From contig LSRY02000030.1 of the NCBI GenBank assembly GCA_001643675.2, forward strand, positions 496,001 through 560,000: a stretch of 64,000 nt of DNA, written 5' to 3'. The stretch's first letter is position 1, and the number at the start of each line of letters is the position of its first letter. Position numbers and translations under genes: made by a program. The notes below the pieces were generated by a model. That model saw only the letters and a program-made list of their open reading frames with translations, made no database searches and had not been told where the DNA came from. This DNA comes from Monocercomonoides exilis PA203. Its lineage: Eukaryota; Protista; Preaxostyla. Of the stretch, positions 61,364 through 64,000 are shown in pieces.

Positions 61364-64000
61364 TCTTCTTCTCAGCCTCTTTCTCTGCTCTTCTCCACTG
61401 CTCCTCAGGTGACATCTCCATCGTCACCATTTCAAATGCCTTCGGATCCTTTTTCACTGTGTCGTTCACAATCTCTCTCAGATCTTCTGCTTCATTCTTC
61501 ACCTTCTTCCATCGAACAATGAATATAATGGATACAATTAATAATATTACCACGATCACAATACAAACAATCAAAACCCATGAGATTTTCCTTCTTTCCC
61601 TCCTTCAGCAATCCTTTCATCTCCTTTTCCAACACTTTCACTCCTGTTCTTCACAATAAATCGCTCTGTTGATGAAGGCGAATCTCCTTTCCCAAACACA
61701 ATCCACGCACTCACTTCTGTCTCTTCTCTCACTTTCTCCAGTTCTGAACATGAAACAAATGTGTGAATCTCATTATCTGACACAAACCCTTCTTCTTCAA
61801 TCCCTTTTCTCACAATCTCCTCCTCATCCCCATTTTTCATGCTCATCTTCACTGACAAATCACATGGCAGTAACAACTTTCCCGCAATCATCAACTCCAC
61901 ATCCCCATTTGGCTGTGTTGTGTTCTTCACCTCTTCCAAAATGGGGATGAAAAATGATGATCCTCTTTAGCTGCTATCCCTCCCAATTCGCATCCTTCGT
62001 CCAATATCCAAAGCGATGTGTTTGGCAACAAACCATCTCCCCCTTTCACATTCACAACATCCAATTCTCCATCCCCTTCACAAATCACATTCCTTCGCGC
62101 TGATGGATATCCCTCAATCGATGGGTTGTTGTTCTCAAACTCTCCTTTCTCAATCTTCAAACTCCCTCCACTCACCCACAACCCTCCTCCCTTGCTCTTC
62201 ATAATCGTTGTTTCCCTCATCTCCGCATTGCTGTTTTCAATATCAACCAATGACCCATTCCATTTGCACAATCCCTCTTTTCTATTGTTTTCTTCATTGG
62301 CAACCTCGACTTCTTTTTCTCCATCAAACACACATGCCTCAATTCTCACATCCTTGGAATTTTTGATCTGCATCATCCTTCCCTTATCAACAGAATTCAC
62401 ACACTTTCCGAATGAGCTGTTCAGCACACTCACATCTTGCTCAGCTTCATCCATCCCAATCACACACCCCTCTAACAACAATGTCACATTCTCAACTCCC
62501 ATCTCTTTCATCTCCACTTTCGCTTTCCCTCCAACACTCACAACATCTCCCTCACATTCGATATTCGATATTCTTATTTCATCAATTGTCACATTCGATT
62601 CTTCATGGAATGAAAGCACTGACCTTGTTGAATGAATATCCCTGAATGTTGTTTCTGATATCTTCAGCTCTCCACTCTCCACACTCACAATCGAACTGTT
62701 CAACTTCATCTCCTCAACTGCTGTTGTTGAAGAAGAGAAGAATTTGCATTCCTGTATTTTTGTCATTCCATTCTTCACTTTCATAAAATAAGTGTGAGTT
62801 GACTCAAATCCATCTTCAAACTGGAATGAGCACCTCTCCACTGAACATTCATTCACAAACTCCATCACACAATCCTTCTCTGCTGATTTCTCAATCTTGC
62901 AGTTCAATCGAACAATCCCCTCTGTCTTTTTCAATGAGTTCACAACCAGATCTCCAATCACGCACTCCTTCCTCACAACCCCTTCCCCATCAATCAGAAT
63001 CCCATTCATCACCCCTTCCTGGATGTGCTCAACCCCACAGTTGATGCTGAGACATGGATTGCTTTGAGCTCCACACCTTCTGCCATCAGTTCCTGTTGCG
63101 TTCACAAACACTTGAAGCCCATAAAAATAGGTGATTAGCGGAATCAGATCAACAGCTCCCTCGCTCTCAGAATCCCTCCCACAGATGGAGTTGTTTGAAT
63201 TCAATGACTCCTGATTGTAGTTCAGCGCAAACAGTGTTTCGTTGATCTGGTGCTCAATCGAGTGGCATCTGACAAATATGTCTTTCCCCACATGTGCCTC
63301 ATTCATCACAAACAGGATGTTCACAATCTTGAAGTTCAATGGCGGAATCGGACTTTCATTTCCATAATTCGCATGTGGGTCGGACCCATCAATAAACAGC
63401 CCTCCTCCACACCCTGTCTCACTCGAGCACTTGCATATCGAAAATGAGCTCCCATTCACTTTCATCACTGATTCCCCACTCTTCAGCACCACTCTCATCC
63501 CCCCTCCTTCAGCACTCAAACCACTCTTGCAGCTTGACATCGAACACTCATCCATCACACACTCCACCCCATCCTCAAATGATCCCACATCAACAACACT
63601 CGCTCCAATCCCTTCATTCGTGATGTTCGCAAATGAACATCCAACAACCCTCAAAACTGGTATGTTCCCATTTGAAAACACCTTCTTTTCTCCATTCATC
63701 TTGTTCACCTCTTCTATCATCGATATCAGGCTTCTTTCTATCACACCAGCAAATGAAATGTTCACATTCTGAACAGTCACCTCAGATGCACTTGGGCTGA
63801 AACAGATGAACCCTTTCAACTCTGAAATCAAACTCAACGAACACTTTTCAATAAATACACTCCCCCCATTCACTCTCATCAAGCAGTATCCAAAACTTTC
63901 TGCCACCCCTCTCCCTGGGCCAAATGAACAATCTGACACTGACAATAATGTGTTTGTTCCTGTTGACTCAATCAACACTTCATGATGGGTTGTGATGGAT
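60231..64000 (-). pseudogene. 3' part of a paralogous giant receptor-pseudokinase gene with two -1 frameshifts; 5' end outside the window
   Basis: ORFs 61927..63978, 61571..61939 and 60231..61574 align consecutively to 32701..36468; single-base losses at ~61968 and in an A-run at ~61586-61589. Confidence 0.8.

Noticed and set aside
1-64000. tRNA, rRNA or telomeric repeats
   Set aside because: None recognised by eye; tRNAscan-SE/Infernal would be needed to exclude divergent RNAs.

Overview
AT-rich, intron-containing eukaryotic DNA in the standard genetic code. Gene families, GTTTG-type splice donors and composition resemble an oxymonad/metamonad protist such as Monocercomonoides (inference, not verified). 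Left to right: (i) a >3,275-codon uninterrupted minus-strand ORF for a giant Cys/Gly-rich beta-helix-like surface protein (1-9826; absent from the ORF track because it runs off the window); (ii) a block of spliced genes (two helical/ARM-like proteins, a UBL-zinc-finger-UBA protein, an 8-TM tetraspanin-like protein), with a 1,029-bp TA-flanked foldback/MITE between two divergent genes; (iii) two disrupted paralogous receptor-like genes (beta-helix ectodomain, TM, kinase C-lobe) pointing towards each other (27230-36468 + and 60231-64000 -); (iv) two oppositely oriented DIRS-like tyrosine-recombinase retrotransposons (38382-44278 - and 53798-58322 +) with readable termini and ICR; (v) a near-perfect ~5.6-kb inverted duplication (about 35336-40896 vs 55808-61363) whose breakpoints both lie in pre-existing homology (the DIRS RNase H region and the receptor paralogues); (vi) a 1,230-aa single-pass protein with three ~390-aa repeats. 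The most unusual element is the right-hand DIRS copy, where gag/RT is replaced by a ~1.65-kb degenerate array of a ~23-nt motif at 36/45-nt spacing. Both copies also carry a GC-rich, multi-stem segment between the ICR and the 3' terminus. All alignments and counts were done by eye, so coordinates may be off by a few bases.
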